DNA of 64,000 nucleotides, taken from Meyerozyma guilliermondii. Its lineage: Eukaryota. The position numbers and the translations under genes were made by a program. The notes beneath the pieces were generated by a model. That model saw nothing but the letters and a program-made list of their open reading frames with translations. It had not been told where the DNA came from and made no database searches. The DNA lies in the NCBI GenBank assembly GCA_051546255.1, contig CP128817.1, forward strand, positions 310,001-374,000. Direction: 5' to 3'. Positions 63,780-64,000 of the stretch are shown piece by piece; position 1 is the first letter of the stretch, and each line of letters begins with the position of its first letter.

Positions 63780-64000
63780 ATGACTGAAGTTGAGCCCAAG
63801 TCAGTACTCTACTGTGGTGTATGCAGCTTTCCTCCTGAGTTCTGTGAATTTGGAGGCTCGTTCAAGAGATGTAAGGAGTGGTTGGAGCAAAACGATAAAG
63901 AGTTGTATGAAAAACTTTATAGTGAAGATGCTTTAGCAAATGCCACATCGACCTTGTCGATAGACAAAGAGCAAAAAATAGCCAAGGAATTAGAGAAGAA
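63780..64000 (+). CDS. TMA22: Translation machinery-associated protein 22 (DENR), truncated by the window edge
   Basis: Not in the ORF track. Manual translation: MTEVEPKSVLYCGVCSFPPEFCEFGGSFKRCKEWL (DENR Zn-binding motif). Confidence 0.92.
   Translation, partial: MTEVEPKSVLYCGVCSFPPEFCEFGGSFKRCKEWLEQNDKELYEKLYSEDALANATSTLSIDKEQKIAKELEK

Noticed and set aside
1..64000. Transposons/LTRs, CRISPR, rDNA, telomeric repeats or horizontally acquired islands
   Set aside because: No such ORFs, terminal repeats or compositional breaks were seen, including beside the tRNA genes.

Overview
Gene-dense, intron-poor ascomycete yeast chromosomal DNA from the CUG-Ser (CTG) clade. CTG codons fall on invariant serines in Mlh1 (ENSIDA) and Dun1 (DLWS), so the standard-code ORF track mistranslates them as Leu. 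The window holds about 29 conserved housekeeping genes: DUS1 (partial), TDA9/RSF2-like, ALG13, TAF13, SSM4/DOA10, PRS3, TAF7, YPK9, ADY2/ATO, VTC1, a DENN/ANR2-like gene, an aldo-keto reductase, PHO2/GRF10, MSS2, DUN1, TIP20, CCT3, CYK3, KIN28, L2HGDH, VTC4, DAO, DNF3, an AIF-like gene, FYV8, TGL3, ELP6, MME1, QRI7, NSE4, MLH1, YPP1 and TMA22 (partial), plus four tRNA genes. I found no mobile element, CRISPR array or convincing new multi-gene system. The most notable items not shown in the ORF track are: a decayed tandem aldo-keto-reductase pseudogene (23563-24358); a hidden first exon and 46-nt intron that complete the Dun1 FHA domain; two tandem tRNA-Val(CAC) genes differing only by a compensatory 3:70 swap; a dicistronic tRNA-Asp/tRNA-Gly pair; a Tgl3 lacking the catalytic serine; and two convergent gene pairs with zero intergenic bases. 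Gene names rest on recognised motifs and recalled S. cerevisiae homologues, not database searches.
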